The notes below the pieces were generated by a model, which was not told the DNA's origin, made no database searches, and worked only from the letters and a program-made list of their open reading frames with translations. The position numbers and the translations under genes were made by a program. From a virus (Duplodnaviria > Heunggongvirae > Uroviricota > Caudoviricetes > Crassvirales): a stretch of 64,000 nucleotides of DNA. This document shows, one piece after another, positions 10,732 through 20,475 of this stretch. Each line of letters starts with the position of its first letter. Position 1 is the stretch's first letter. Where the stretch lies: positions 40,813 through 104,812 of the IMG/VR virus record IMGVR_UViG_3300044716_000090; one strand, given 5' to 3'.

Positions 10732-12162
10732 TTATTTATATTTGTTTAGCCAGCCACCGTTTTCTTTTTCAGGAACTACATCTTGAAAATCATCAGCATA
10801 ACTAACACCCTTACCAATTTTTAATGCTTTATTACTAGACTTATCTAATTTTGATAATCTACCTTTTTTAAATGGTACAAGATCTAATACAGCTTCACCA
10901 AAATCAATACCTGCATTTTTCCATTGACCATCAATAGCATATCTTAAGGATGTAGTAGCATCTGCTATAGAATTAAGAGCACCAATTCCTCTATTAACTG
11001 CAAACCCAATAGGGGTTCCTGCAAAAGGAATAGTTGCTAAATCTGCTGCAGATAATGTAGCTTTTATATTTTTTACAGCATCTGATGGTTCGTATCTTTT
11101 TTCTGGAATCTGACTAATTTCTTTTAGTGTAGGTTTTTTTAATTGCCCACCACCTTGATATTTATTTAACCATCCACCCTTTTTCATCATTGGGTATTCT
11201 GTAACATATTCACCATCAAAATCATAGTCTTCTCCAGGGTACATCATTTGTTGATCCCCTGTATCAGATATTCCTAGTACGGGATAATCTACCCCTTCCA
11301 TTGTTATGTCTGTAGATGGTATGATAGTTACTTCTCCTGGGTGTGCCCATTGTCCCATTGGGTCTACAATAGCTTCACCATCCTGAGCAATACTGTTAGG
11401 TTTGAAATCTAAACCTTCTTGGTAGAATTTCATCTCCTTACCATTCTGTGCAGAAGCTTTTGTCTTCTTTGCATACTTACCGTTACTAGGAGCTGAACCA
11501 GCTACACGTGCGTACGTAAATCCTACAGCACCTGGCATACTTCCACCCATAGCAAACTTAAGATAATCATATGTTTTCATAGGAGAAGGAAGTGGTTTAC
11601 CTTGCTCTACATATTTATGTCTTCTGTCAGCAAAATCTTGAGCAGACTGAATTGTTTTAAATGGACCACCTAATAATTCTCCTGTGTTGCGAAATTCTTT
11701 TTCTGGATCAGAAAAAAGTTTTCTATGTTTAAAACCAGGAACCAAATAGTATTCTCCATCTTTTCCTACTGTAGTAGAATATTCTGTTGAATATCCTTTC
11801 TCTTTTGGGTTCCATCCTACAGGTAACTTTGGATCATTTGGCTGTAAAAATGTTTTACCTAATATACCACCATCCTGAAACTGTCCACCCCATGCAGGAG
11901 AATAGTTTCTACCTTTGGTATTATATCCAAGACCTACAAAGTCAGGACCTACAGATGCTTGTACATCATTAGGATTAGGCTTCTTACCATAGTTATCAGT
12001 CTTTTGTTTTAATACCATTCCTCCTTGATCAAACTTATTTAACCAACCTCCATCTTCCATAGTGTTATCCTTTCCACATATGTGGCATACGTGCATGTCT
12101 TTCTTACTAGAATCTGATTTATTCCAGGAATGTCCACATGTGCATTTGATATCTTTAGCCAT
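10732..12162 (-). CDS. Virion protein (476 aa) with an N-terminal Cys/His zinc-ribbon-like motif and three GGWLNK[FY] repeats
   Basis: N-terminus CTCGH...HVCHICGK. Repeats DGGWLNKFDQGG, KGGWLNKYQGGG and ENGGWLNKYK. Its stop and start overlap neighbouring genes. Confidence 0.65.
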   Translation of the reverse strand: MAKDIKCTCGHSWNKSDSSKKDMHVCHICGKDNTMEDGGWLNKFDQGGMVLKQKTDNYGKKPNPNDVQASVGPDFVGLGYNTKGRNYSPAWGGQFQDGGILGKTFLQPNDPKLPVGWNPKEKGYSTEYSTTVGKDGEYYLVPGFKHRKLFSDPEKEFRNTGELLGGPFKTIQSAQDFADRRHKYVEQGKPLPSPMKTYDYLKFAMGGSMPGAVGFTYARVAGSAPSNGKYAKKTKASAQNGKEMKFYQEGLDFKPNSIAQDGEAIVDPMGQWAHPGEVTIIPSTDITMEGVDYPVLGISDTGDQQMMYPGEDYDFDGEYVTEYPMMKKGGWLNKYQGGGQLKKPTLKEISQIPEKRYEPSDAVKNIKATLSAADLATIPFAGTPIGFAVNRGIGALNSIADATTSLRYAIDGQWKNAGIDFGEAVLDLVPFKKGRLSKLDKSSNKALKIGKGVSYADDFQDVVPEKENGGWLNKYK

Positions 12163-13028
12163 TACTTGTAAGAGATTTGAGCAGGTGTGATAATGAATTG
12201 ACTTATTAAATGGGCATCTGATCTATCATCAAGGATGTGTCTCACCTTTAAATCCTTCGCACGTAGGGGTTCCTTTTTAAATGAACGTTTGCCATAATCC
12301 ATATTAGGTTGATTTACAATCTTATCTACAGATAATGAGTCACAACCAGTCACAAACAAAGGTACGGATTTATCTTTAACCAATGACCAGAATGTATTAT
12401 ATTGATAAAAATTATCTGATTTGGTAAACGTAATTGTCTTACTCTCAGCGTTATATACAGGATACTTCATGTATTCCTTGAGGTTGTTAATTGGCTTAGG
12501 AGCTAGTTCTAATATACCAGAAGACTGTTGTCCATTGTATAGAACAGCTTTATTGAAATAAACTGTGTTTGTTTCTATCTTAGCGTTATCATTAAACACA
12601 CCATCAGGGATAGGTAGGTATTTATATGCCTTAGTGTAATCCTTTACATTCTGTAAGATTTCATCAAAATACTCATAAGCAAATGGATACTCAATAACAT
12701 ATGGTTCTGTGTTTCCGTAGAACGTGTTGTAAATCATTGTATTAGTTAAATGTCTCCACAATGATGGGGTGTTTGTAGGAATAAACTCAATAGCTGCTAT
12801 ATCCGCAATACATAGTTCCTCTATAGGCATTTGTAATCTTGTCTTACATTTTCCTATAGATTCAATAATAATAACAGTAACATCATCACTCACCGAATAT
12901 GTAATTCCAGAAATAACTTGGCTCCTAGGAATGTTAGTTCCTAAGACATTTCCGTAATTATCAGAAATCTTAAACGGTCCAGTTCTAACACCAGCCTTTG
13001 TTAATTTTATTGTTATTACTTTAGACAT
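12162..13028 (-). CDS. Hypothetical structural protein (288 aa)
   Basis: ORF in track, co-directional, start overlaps the next gene. Confidence 0.6.
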   Translation of the reverse strand: MSKVITIKLTKAGVRTGPFKISDNYGNVLGTNIPRSQVISGITYSVSDDVTVIIIESIGKCKTRLQMPIEELCIADIAAIEFIPTNTPSLWRHLTNTMIYNTFYGNTEPYVIEYPFAYEYFDEILQNVKDYTKAYKYLPIPDGVFNDNAKIETNTVYFNKAVLYNGQQSSGILELAPKPINNLKEYMKYPVYNAESKTITFTKSDNFYQYNTFWSLVKDKSVPLFVTGCDSLSVDKIVNQPNMDYGKRSFKKEPLRAKDLKVRHILDDRSDAHLISQFIITPAQISYK

Positions 13029-13039
13029 ATATTAATTAA

Positions 13040-16000
13040 TTACGAAAGACATTGTTCTACAGCTGTTCCACCAGATAAAGTACAATCTGGTGCAGATGTT
13101 GTTGTTGTTGTTGTGGTTGGTGGTACAGTAGTTGTGGTTGTAGTAGTTGGAGGTATAGTTGTAGTAGTAGTAGTAGTTGGACTTGGACAGTTAGTAAATC
13201 CTGTTGCTGTAATTGCATACAATGTACCACCTGGATCTGTTGTTATAGATCCTGTAACTACCCACGTAATACCTGGAGAAGTTACCCTATCATTAATTGC
13301 AAATGTTCCAAATGGATACTCTTGAGAGTATGATATAGAGCTATTTGCACAGTTTGTTATTTGGTACCACACAGACAATGCGGTAGTAGTGGTAGTTGTT
13401 GTAGGAGTAGCTCCACAAGCTGTTGTACAATCAGCGTTTGATGGAGCTCCATCTAAATCAACATCATATGTTGGTCCAGATACTACAGTTTGAATTTGGT
13501 ATGTAAATGAGCCCACCTTATAATATAAGCCATCAATTGTTGATAATGAAGTACTTGATCTACCCACTACATCAGGTAATACACGATTACAGTTATCATT
13601 ACAATCAAATTTTCTGAGCGAATAGTAATAATACGTTATTGCAGTAGTGGTAGTAGTTGTTGTTGGTACAGGTGGGATTGTAGTAGTAGTGGTTGTTGTA
13701 CTGCTACTAGAACTTGTAGTTGTTGTAGTGGTTGGTGAAACAGTTGTGGTAGTAGTAGTTGTACTAGAACTAGTTGTTGTAGTTGTAGTGGTTGGACACT
13801 GTTCTACAGCTGTACCAAATACACAACAAGGATCAATTGCTGTACCCTCTAATGTACAATCTACACATAAGTCAACTGCTGTACCCACTAATCTACAATC
13901 TATTGTTGTTGATGTGGTTGTTGTGGTTGTGCAATTAGGAAGCTCAGAGAAAGCAATTGCTTCTAGGTCACATCCACCATTCAATCCAGAATAGAAGAAG
14001 TTATTCTCAGCAATGTAGAAGTTAGGAATGTAGCTATGGAAGCTTATCCAACTCTTTGTATTCATGCTGAATGATAGAGTCCATGACTTATTACAGAAGT
14101 ATTCTTGGTCATAAACACTAACGGTTGTCTTCAATGTGCTACCACCTAGCACTCTTTCTACATAGAATTCCTTAGTTGTAGCATCGTATTTGATGTTCTT
14201 ACTATTAGGAATATAATCTAGTTTAGATATAATAACCCTGTCATACTTACTATCAAACACTCCATGTAAGCCAATACCATTGTAATGGTTATCTACATTT
14301 ACATTAGGGAAGTGACGTAAGATTTCAAATGCTAAATGGTCTGTAAAGAACTTATTAAGTCCTGAACCAAATGCTGACAAATCTGTAGCTTGGTTACCTG
14401 CAATTAAGAACACTTGTCCTCTCTTAGCATCTACAGTGATTTGTCCTTGAGGAATCTTTAACAACATCTTATTCTGACTTCCTACATATCCAAGGTCTGT
14501 TTCTGCAAAGTCAATTGGAGGAGCACTCTTGAATAATGTATCGTTTCCTAGGTAGGCAGCTTGTGGATTGCTAGTTTGAACTGTAAGCATTGTATTGTAT
14601 AACAATGACTTGTTCTCAAATCTAGCTAACACAGCTTTGTTCTGAATACCATCTAATGATACAAGATTACCAAAGTTTTGAGGGAAATCAAAGAATGATG
14701 TAGCTCTGTAGATTAACCAGCTATTCACTCTGTTATCAGCATACACATCCTGAGGATCTGAATAAACAGCTCTGAATGGATACTTAGTGTAACAAAGTTG
14801 TTCTGCCCAATCTGCAGGAAGATGTGTAAATGTATTCTCTTTGTTTTGTTTAGAATACGTTACATTATAATAATATGTATTATCAAAAGCAATAGGCACC
14901 ACTGATTCCTGTAACCAGTTATCAGGAATACCAGAGCTCACGTGTGGGAAGAAGTCACCTTCTAAACTATTAAATGCTTGACGTAAGTCTACATTTATAG
15001 AAGATTCACAATAGAAAGAAGGAATACCATAAGCAAATAGATACATCTTTCCATCATAGAAAGTTCTATTAGGATTTACTATAGCAGGTCTAAAAGGAGT
15101 TGCTCTACGTGGTTCAGGATTTTGGTTATTAGGACAGTCAAAGTTATGAGCCTTATAAGAAATCATATTCTTTAACACCTCACCAGTACTTAATGTATAA
15201 TCTTGTAACACTGATCTAGCTGAGTGCCAGTATTGTGGATAACCCACATTACCCACCTCATCATAGAATATATCACTATCATCAGGAGCATTCACCCTAT
15301 CATCAAAGAAGAAAGGTAATTTGGTCTTAAATGCAAACCTACTAATAAATGTATCTCCACCAAACATAGTGGCTGATTTAGGGGTAGAGAACATTAAATT
15401 GTTAATGTCAATACTTTCCTGGAATCCTGTATCAATTGTATCATAAGAGTATATCTGACCCCATTGGTTAACAAATATATTCTTTAATGATCCATAGTAA
15501 GAAACTACATTGATAGATTCATTCTTACTAGGTACAGAACAGTTGTTCTTTTGTGATATTGTAAATCTTGATGTATCAGAGATACCACTTACACCACCAA
15601 CTAATAAACTATTAGTTTGATTAGGGAATGGTAAAGGTATTACAGATGAACCATCTCTAGTGCCAATTGTTTTTAGGTATACAGATGATTCTCTATTATA
15701 GTTATTAAAATCATGTAAATCAGCTACAGACTGCACACCTGGTATAACGTATTGATACTTATCTAGTTGTCTTTGTTTGATTCCTAGATTGTTATCAATA
15801 GCTCCACTGTAATCATAACTAGCTATTGAGTTAAATGAATAAGCATAGTTTCTTCTGGTGATTCCATTTATGTAAATTGTTAGGTATGCCTGATATGCAG
15901 CAAACATAGCTGATGCACTAAATGGTGTTGTTATACGACCAATACCCTCACTAGATTGAAGAGCATCACGCTGAGCCTCTGCTGTAAGAAGCTTATACAT

Positions 16001-18367
16001 TGCGTTCTTCTTAACTTCTACAAAGTGAGCTATACCAGCACCAAACATTACATTCTCTAACTTAAGAATAGATCCTAAGAAAGGTTGTCCAAAAGAAGTT
16101 TCAGGTGAGTTAAATACCATTCTGTACTTAGACTCATCTGTAGCAAACGCATCTAATTTATCAGGATGGCAAAGTGAGTTCTTTGTTGCATTTATAGTGA
16201 TACTATAACTAGCTGTTCCAGATAAGTAGATAGGATTGGATACTGAGTTAACTTGTTGTAATCCATTACCAGTAACTGTAATTTGTCTAAATACAGTTGT
16301 TAATGGATCTTGGTATTGAAACACTGTACTATTAGCACTAGTAAGGTTATAAGTATTATAATTAACTACAGAGATTGTAGCTGCTCCACTTACAATTACA
16401 GGAGTGCTTAATGAACATATTTTATTTGTAGTTCCAAAAATTAACGTTTCAGTTTTTGTTGCATTTGAAAAACAATCTGTATATTGTACTACAGTTGCTG
16501 TAGTGGTAATTATATTATATGTAATACACTGATCAAGATAGCCATTATTATTCTCAAGAATAAACTCATCCTTATTAAGATCGTTATATGGATAGTTAGG
16601 GAAATAGAATTCTGTTTCTTCTCTTTTGTATTTACCTACGTTTCTAAGGATACCCTTAGCCACAATAGATTTGTTTGTACCTCTATCTCCTCTTACAATC
16701 TTAAATCCTGCAATGCTTTCTTTCTGTGCTTGTGTAAGATTAGATGAATACACCAAGTATGAAACTTGTTGAACATCAATCTTTACACCCATTGGAAATA
16801 CAGCATCACTTTGCATCACTGGAGAAAATCCTGACCCTAGTGTGTATGTAGGACTTTCAAATATAGGACTTACTAATACATCAGGAAACTTGTGATGTCT
16901 AATAGGTTGACCAGCAAGATTTCCCCATACATCTATGTTACATGGATAGGTGTCTGTTGATTCCCAATAAGCAAACTCACCATATTGGTAAGGTCCTTTG
17001 TATGATTGATCTGTTGTGTATCCAGGAGAAAACGATGTTACTGAACCTGTGTTATAAATCTTCCAATAAGGAGCACTTGTTCCTTCTCCAATAAAATCAG
17101 GATTAGTACTAGGAACATCTGGTTGAGAACCTTCGTTAGCACTAATCATTCTACCTGGAATGTGGAAACCATCTGTTTGCTTACCATTACTTAATAGAAA
17201 CACTATCTCAAAAGCATACACTTCATCTCTTAGATAACCTCTAAGGTTTGTAGCATTTAGCTCATCAGCATAAGTTTCTGTACTAGGGATTCTATATGTT
17301 TCCCATTTAAGATCAATTTGGCTAGCAATCTGTTGATAGTTAATTCTATCAATAGAAGTTAAGTTATCCCAGATAAGGATATCTTGTGCAGTGGTTAAGT
17401 CTTGAGCTACCTCATAGTAAGGATATTTCTCAAATATGTCAGCAATTGTAAGACGAATCTGTGTAACATTCTGTCCTGTATAAGTTATCTCTCTAGTGTT
17501 ATCTTCTATAAAATATGTTCCAATCAACTCTACAGAAGATATACTGTTTACTGTTTTAATTACAGCAATATTAAAATAATCAAATTTTCCAGTGGTATCT
17601 AAATTAGCAACACTAACTATAATAGATTTACCCACTTGATAGTTAAAATCTAGTGTGGTAACTTGTGTGTCAGCAATAGGTGTAGGGTTGGTAATAGAAT
17701 AGTAAGATGTAAATGGATTACCAGCAGCATCACAATATTGGATGGCAAACTGATATGTACCAGCAGTGAGGTCACCACCATTTCTAACATCAGTTACATC
17801 TAATGAAGGAATGCTAAAATTAGGCTGAACGTTTAATTGATTGCAATCAAGTTCAGTGGTGTAAATAGGATTACACAAATCAGCATTAGGAGCTAGTTTA
17901 TATGGAACATTATTTAGGTCTATATATCTTCTAGGATTAAGACCATCTGTCCAATACACCTCTGTAGTGCAGTTTGTAATCTTGTGAACAGCTTTAAGAA
18001 TAGGATAGTTTATATCAAAGTTTAAACAAGGTGCACTAACCAATATACGGTAGATGCAATCATTGTTATCCATATATCCAATGTGGCTATCTCCCGTTTC
18101 AGGATTAACTAGAAAGAATATGTGTTTGTTCTTTTCAACAATGAAATGAGTTCCTATTAAATGGAAGTTTGTAGGAAAGTTTAGACATAGCTCGTTCCCT
18201 GGCTCATTCTGATAGTTTACAGAATCTGAGTCAAAGTTCTCAACAGATGCATTTAATGCATAAGTTAGCTTACCTTTAGGAACCTGATTTACAGATTGAT
18301 CTAAATTTAAGCCAGCAGTAGCATTGTTATACTCTTGTTTAATATTAGTTGTTTCTTCTCCAGCCAT
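13040..18367 (-). CDS. Giant tail fibre/adhesin-like protein (1775 aa) with a C-terminal region of poly-Thr/Ser linkers and repeated Cys-bracketed CxLxGTA[VI]xxC motifs
   Basis: ORF in track. The C-terminal 330 aa contain several T7-T10 tracts and the motifs DCRLVGTAVDLC, DCTLEGTAIDPC, CVFGTAVEQC and DCTLSGGTAVEQC. The DNA repeat gttctacagctgt occurs near 13048 and 13805. Confidence 0.75.
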   Translation of the reverse strand: MAGEETTNIKQEYNNATAGLNLDQSVNQVPKGKLTYALNASVENFDSDSVNYQNEPGNELCLNFPTNFHLIGTHFIVEKNKHIFFLVNPETGDSHIGYMDNNDCIYRILVSAPCLNFDINYPILKAVHKITNCTTEVYWTDGLNPRRYIDLNNVPYKLAPNADLCNPIYTTELDCNQLNVQPNFSIPSLDVTDVRNGGDLTAGTYQFAIQYCDAAGNPFTSYYSITNPTPIADTQVTTLDFNYQVGKSIIVSVANLDTTGKFDYFNIAVIKTVNSISSVELIGTYFIEDNTREITYTGQNVTQIRLTIADIFEKYPYYEVAQDLTTAQDILIWDNLTSIDRINYQQIASQIDLKWETYRIPSTETYADELNATNLRGYLRDEVYAFEIVFLLSNGKQTDGFHIPGRMISANEGSQPDVPSTNPDFIGEGTSAPYWKIYNTGSVTSFSPGYTTDQSYKGPYQYGEFAYWESTDTYPCNIDVWGNLAGQPIRHHKFPDVLVSPIFESPTYTLGSGFSPVMQSDAVFPMGVKIDVQQVSYLVYSSNLTQAQKESIAGFKIVRGDRGTNKSIVAKGILRNVGKYKREETEFYFPNYPYNDLNKDEFILENNNGYLDQCITYNIITTTATVVQYTDCFSNATKTETLIFGTTNKICSLSTPVIVSGAATISVVNYNTYNLTSANSTVFQYQDPLTTVFRQITVTGNGLQQVNSVSNPIYLSGTASYSITINATKNSLCHPDKLDAFATDESKYRMVFNSPETSFGQPFLGSILKLENVMFGAGIAHFVEVKKNAMYKLLTAEAQRDALQSSEGIGRITTPFSASAMFAAYQAYLTIYINGITRRNYAYSFNSIASYDYSGAIDNNLGIKQRQLDKYQYVIPGVQSVADLHDFNNYNRESSVYLKTIGTRDGSSVIPLPFPNQTNSLLVGGVSGISDTSRFTISQKNNCSVPSKNESINVVSYYGSLKNIFVNQWGQIYSYDTIDTGFQESIDINNLMFSTPKSATMFGGDTFISRFAFKTKLPFFFDDRVNAPDDSDIFYDEVGNVGYPQYWHSARSVLQDYTLSTGEVLKNMISYKAHNFDCPNNQNPEPRRATPFRPAIVNPNRTFYDGKMYLFAYGIPSFYCESSINVDLRQAFNSLEGDFFPHVSSGIPDNWLQESVVPIAFDNTYYYNVTYSKQNKENTFTHLPADWAEQLCYTKYPFRAVYSDPQDVYADNRVNSWLIYRATSFFDFPQNFGNLVSLDGIQNKAVLARFENKSLLYNTMLTVQTSNPQAAYLGNDTLFKSAPPIDFAETDLGYVGSQNKMLLKIPQGQITVDAKRGQVFLIAGNQATDLSAFGSGLNKFFTDHLAFEILRHFPNVNVDNHYNGIGLHGVFDSKYDRVIISKLDYIPNSKNIKYDATTKEFYVERVLGGSTLKTTVSVYDQEYFCNKSWTLSFSMNTKSWISFHSYIPNFYIAENNFFYSGLNGGCDLEAIAFSELPNCTTTTTTSTTIDCRLVGTAVDLCVDCTLEGTAIDPCCVFGTAVEQCPTTTTTTTSSSTTTTTTTVSPTTTTTTSSSSSTTTTTTTIPPVPTTTTTTTAITYYYYSLRKFDCNDNCNRVLPDVVGRSSTSLSTIDGLYYKVGSFTYQIQTVVSGPTYDVDLDGAPSNADCTTACGATPTTTTTTTALSVWYQITNCANSSISYSQEYPFGTFAINDRVTSPGITWVVTGSITTDPGGTLYAITATGFTNCPSPTTTTTTTIPPTTTTTTTVPPTTTTTTTSAPDCTLSGGTAVEQCLS

Positions 18368-19268
18368 ATCTGTAGCTTCTATTTGGTAATTCGTATCTGT
18401 TAAATCTATTCAAATCCTGTATTATTCTTCGTTGCTTAGTCCAAGCATCTTGCTTCTTCACCTCAATATCAGCCATGATAAATGCTTCATCAGCCATCTG
18501 TTTATAGTTCATCATCTTTCTTTCTAGCTGATTATATGTTTCATCGTTAGTTTGATTAGTAAGAGTTTCCATCATTTTGTATTTGATGAAAGCCTCAACA
18601 AACTCTCTAATACGATAGTTATCTGGAATCAATTCATTACCCACTCCATCATAAGCTGTAGAATAGAACACTAAGTGAACTACACCATTTCTAAAATTAG
18701 TAACAAACTTGTTATCTCTAATGTCAAATGAGTCAGCAGCAGAGCTACCAAAGTTTGCACACTGTAAATCACAATGTGCTTTAACAGATATGTTACCTGG
18801 CTTTAATAGGTATTGTCTGTGGTATTCTACAGCCACTTGTTGATTGGTCTTATATACAGCTTGAATAAGCTCAGGCATGCACGTAGGACAACCTGTTGTA
18901 CATTCTAGATTGGTACAAGGAGCTCCTCCAGAAATAACAGGACTCACCTGTATTGTTGTCTGTGAAGCAGCTTGAGAATAGAATGAGTTAGCTGTTTGAT
19001 AAGGATAACCAGGAATTGATGTACATAACCAAGCTTCTCTTACAGCAAAGAAGTTATCAGGAAGCCTAGCTTCAAAGTCCTCAATATATAGAAGCTGTTC
19101 GCTAATAACATAAGAAGACCTTCCTAGTTTCCTAAGACATTTATCCAGGTATGTAGGGAATAACAAATCATCTACAGCACCTGTATCGAAGTAGCTTTTA
19201 AACTCTTCTTTCACAGTCGCATAGACAGGCTCAGGGGAGATGAAGTTATACTTGTAGTAATATGACAT
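18345..19268 (-). CDS. Hypothetical virion protein (307 aa), Cys-rich segment
   Basis: ORF in track. Contains GGAPCTNLECTTGCPTCMPE. Confidence 0.6.
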   Translation of the reverse strand: MSYYYKYNFISPEPVYATVKEEFKSYFDTGAVDDLLFPTYLDKCLRKLGRSSYVISEQLLYIEDFEARLPDNFFAVREAWLCTSIPGYPYQTANSFYSQAASQTTIQVSPVISGGAPCTNLECTTGCPTCMPELIQAVYKTNQQVAVEYHRQYLLKPGNISVKAHCDLQCANFGSSAADSFDIRDNKFVTNFRNGVVHLVFYSTAYDGVGNELIPDNYRIREFVEAFIKYKMMETLTNQTNDETYNQLERKMMNYKQMADEAFIMADIEVKKQDAWTKQRRIIQDLNRFNRYELPNRSYRYGWRRNN

Positions 19269-19273
19269 TTATT

Positions 19274-19750
19274 TTATTTTTTCCACTCTCTATAAATATG
19301 TTGATATTGATCGTTGGTTTTTAGGTAGTGAGATAACAACCTTGAGGTTGTACGAGAAGGTTTAAAGTACCAGAGTTTCATGTTCTTGAATCTGGCAGAC
19401 TCTCTAAACCACATCCATCCGAAGAAATATCCTTCAGTGTGGTAATTAAAATTGTAGATGATTTTACCCTTCTCTTTAGACTTCTTCCAATCTACTGGTA
19501 AGTTAACAAACTCCTTACCATCGATGGTTTTCATCTTTTTTCTTTTCTTCTTATTAATAGAGAACTCACCAAAACCAAAAGGAAGTCTAGCTTTCTCTCC
19601 TGTTTCTAGGATGTAGTTCTTAAAACTCTCATTGTACAAATAGATTATATTTCTCCATTGGTCAAATGAGATTTTTATAGAAGGGTTCTTTTTACAGAAA
19701 TTATTGTAGTTTTCTTTACTGGAGCTTCTCCAATCAACTTTTGTTCGCAT
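19274..19750 (-). CDS. Hypothetical basic protein (158 aa)
   Basis: ORF in track. Lys/Arg/Trp-rich. Its start is adjacent to the upstream gene's stop at 19750. Confidence 0.5.
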   Translation of the reverse strand: MRTKVDWRSSSKENYNNFCKKNPSIKISFDQWRNIIYLYNESFKNYILETGEKARLPFGFGEFSINKKKRKKMKTIDGKEFVNLPVDWKKSKEKGKIIYNFNYHTEGYFFGWMWFRESARFKNMKLWYFKPSRTTSRLLSHYLKTNDQYQHIYREWKK

Positions 19751-20475
19751 TAGTTAGCATTAGTTGTGTTTGGTGCTTGACCATCCACCCCATCTTGCGT
19801 TTGATCTGTCTTCAGTCTGAAGTACGTAGATAATAGCTTTTGAGATGTAAGTTCTAGCACTTGCTTTTCTAAATATCCAGGGCAGCCATATTCTTTATCT
19901 AGAGGATTTTTACAATAGTCTTCTAGATTAATATTATCACTGCAGCAGCACTCAGCAAACATGATCTCATTAGGAACATCTTCTTCAAAGAAAGCAGCAA
20001 TTCTAATAGCTTGTAACAAAGGGTTATTTACGTATAAGTAACCATTTGAAATCCAATAGTATTGTTCGTTCTTGATGATTGGAAGTTTTAAGAGATTGAT
20101 ATATCTATTGATAGTAATCTCTTTCAACTTTTTGCCTTGTCCACTCATTGCGTTTATTGAATAAACACCTTGAATGATATATTGGTAATTACCCTCGCAT
20201 ATACGAGGAAGTTTAAATTTTGTTCTAGCAACTGTGCAAGGATCCACATAATCACAACATTCAGAAATAGGAACTTCTACCAATTCCAAACAAGGAATGG
20301 TAGTAAACAAAGTATCAGTAGCCCAAAGCTTTCTGAGATTTGTTTCACGTTTTACTAATAAAAGTGTGTTGTTCTTAATCTCAGATGCCACCACTCTATC
20401 AGTGATGAGGTTATCTGTTGATAACAATTTGTGCATTGCACGCACATCTGAAACTAATTTCCTTAAAGTTGCCAT
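19750..20475 (-). CDS. Hypothetical protein (241 aa)
   Basis: ORF in track. Shares start/stop junctions with both neighbours. Confidence 0.55.
   Translation of the reverse strand: MATLRKLVSDVRAMHKLLSTDNLITDRVVASEIKNNTLLLVKRETNLRKLWATDTLFTTIPCLELVEVPISECCDYVDPCTVARTKFKLPRICEGNYQYIIQGVYSINAMSGQGKKLKEITINRYINLLKLPIIKNEQYYWISNGYLYVNNPLLQAIRIAAFFEEDVPNEIMFAECCCSDNINLEDYCKNPLDKEYGCPGYLEKQVLELTSQKLLSTYFRLKTDQTQDGVDGQAPNTTNAN

Noticed and set aside
13113-13994. Plus-strand ORFs encoding poly-Val proteins (13113..13325, 13647..13994) and the similar ORF at 23008..23277
   Set aside because: They are the antisense reading of the poly-Thr codon repeats in the minus-strand fibre genes, so they are frame artefacts.
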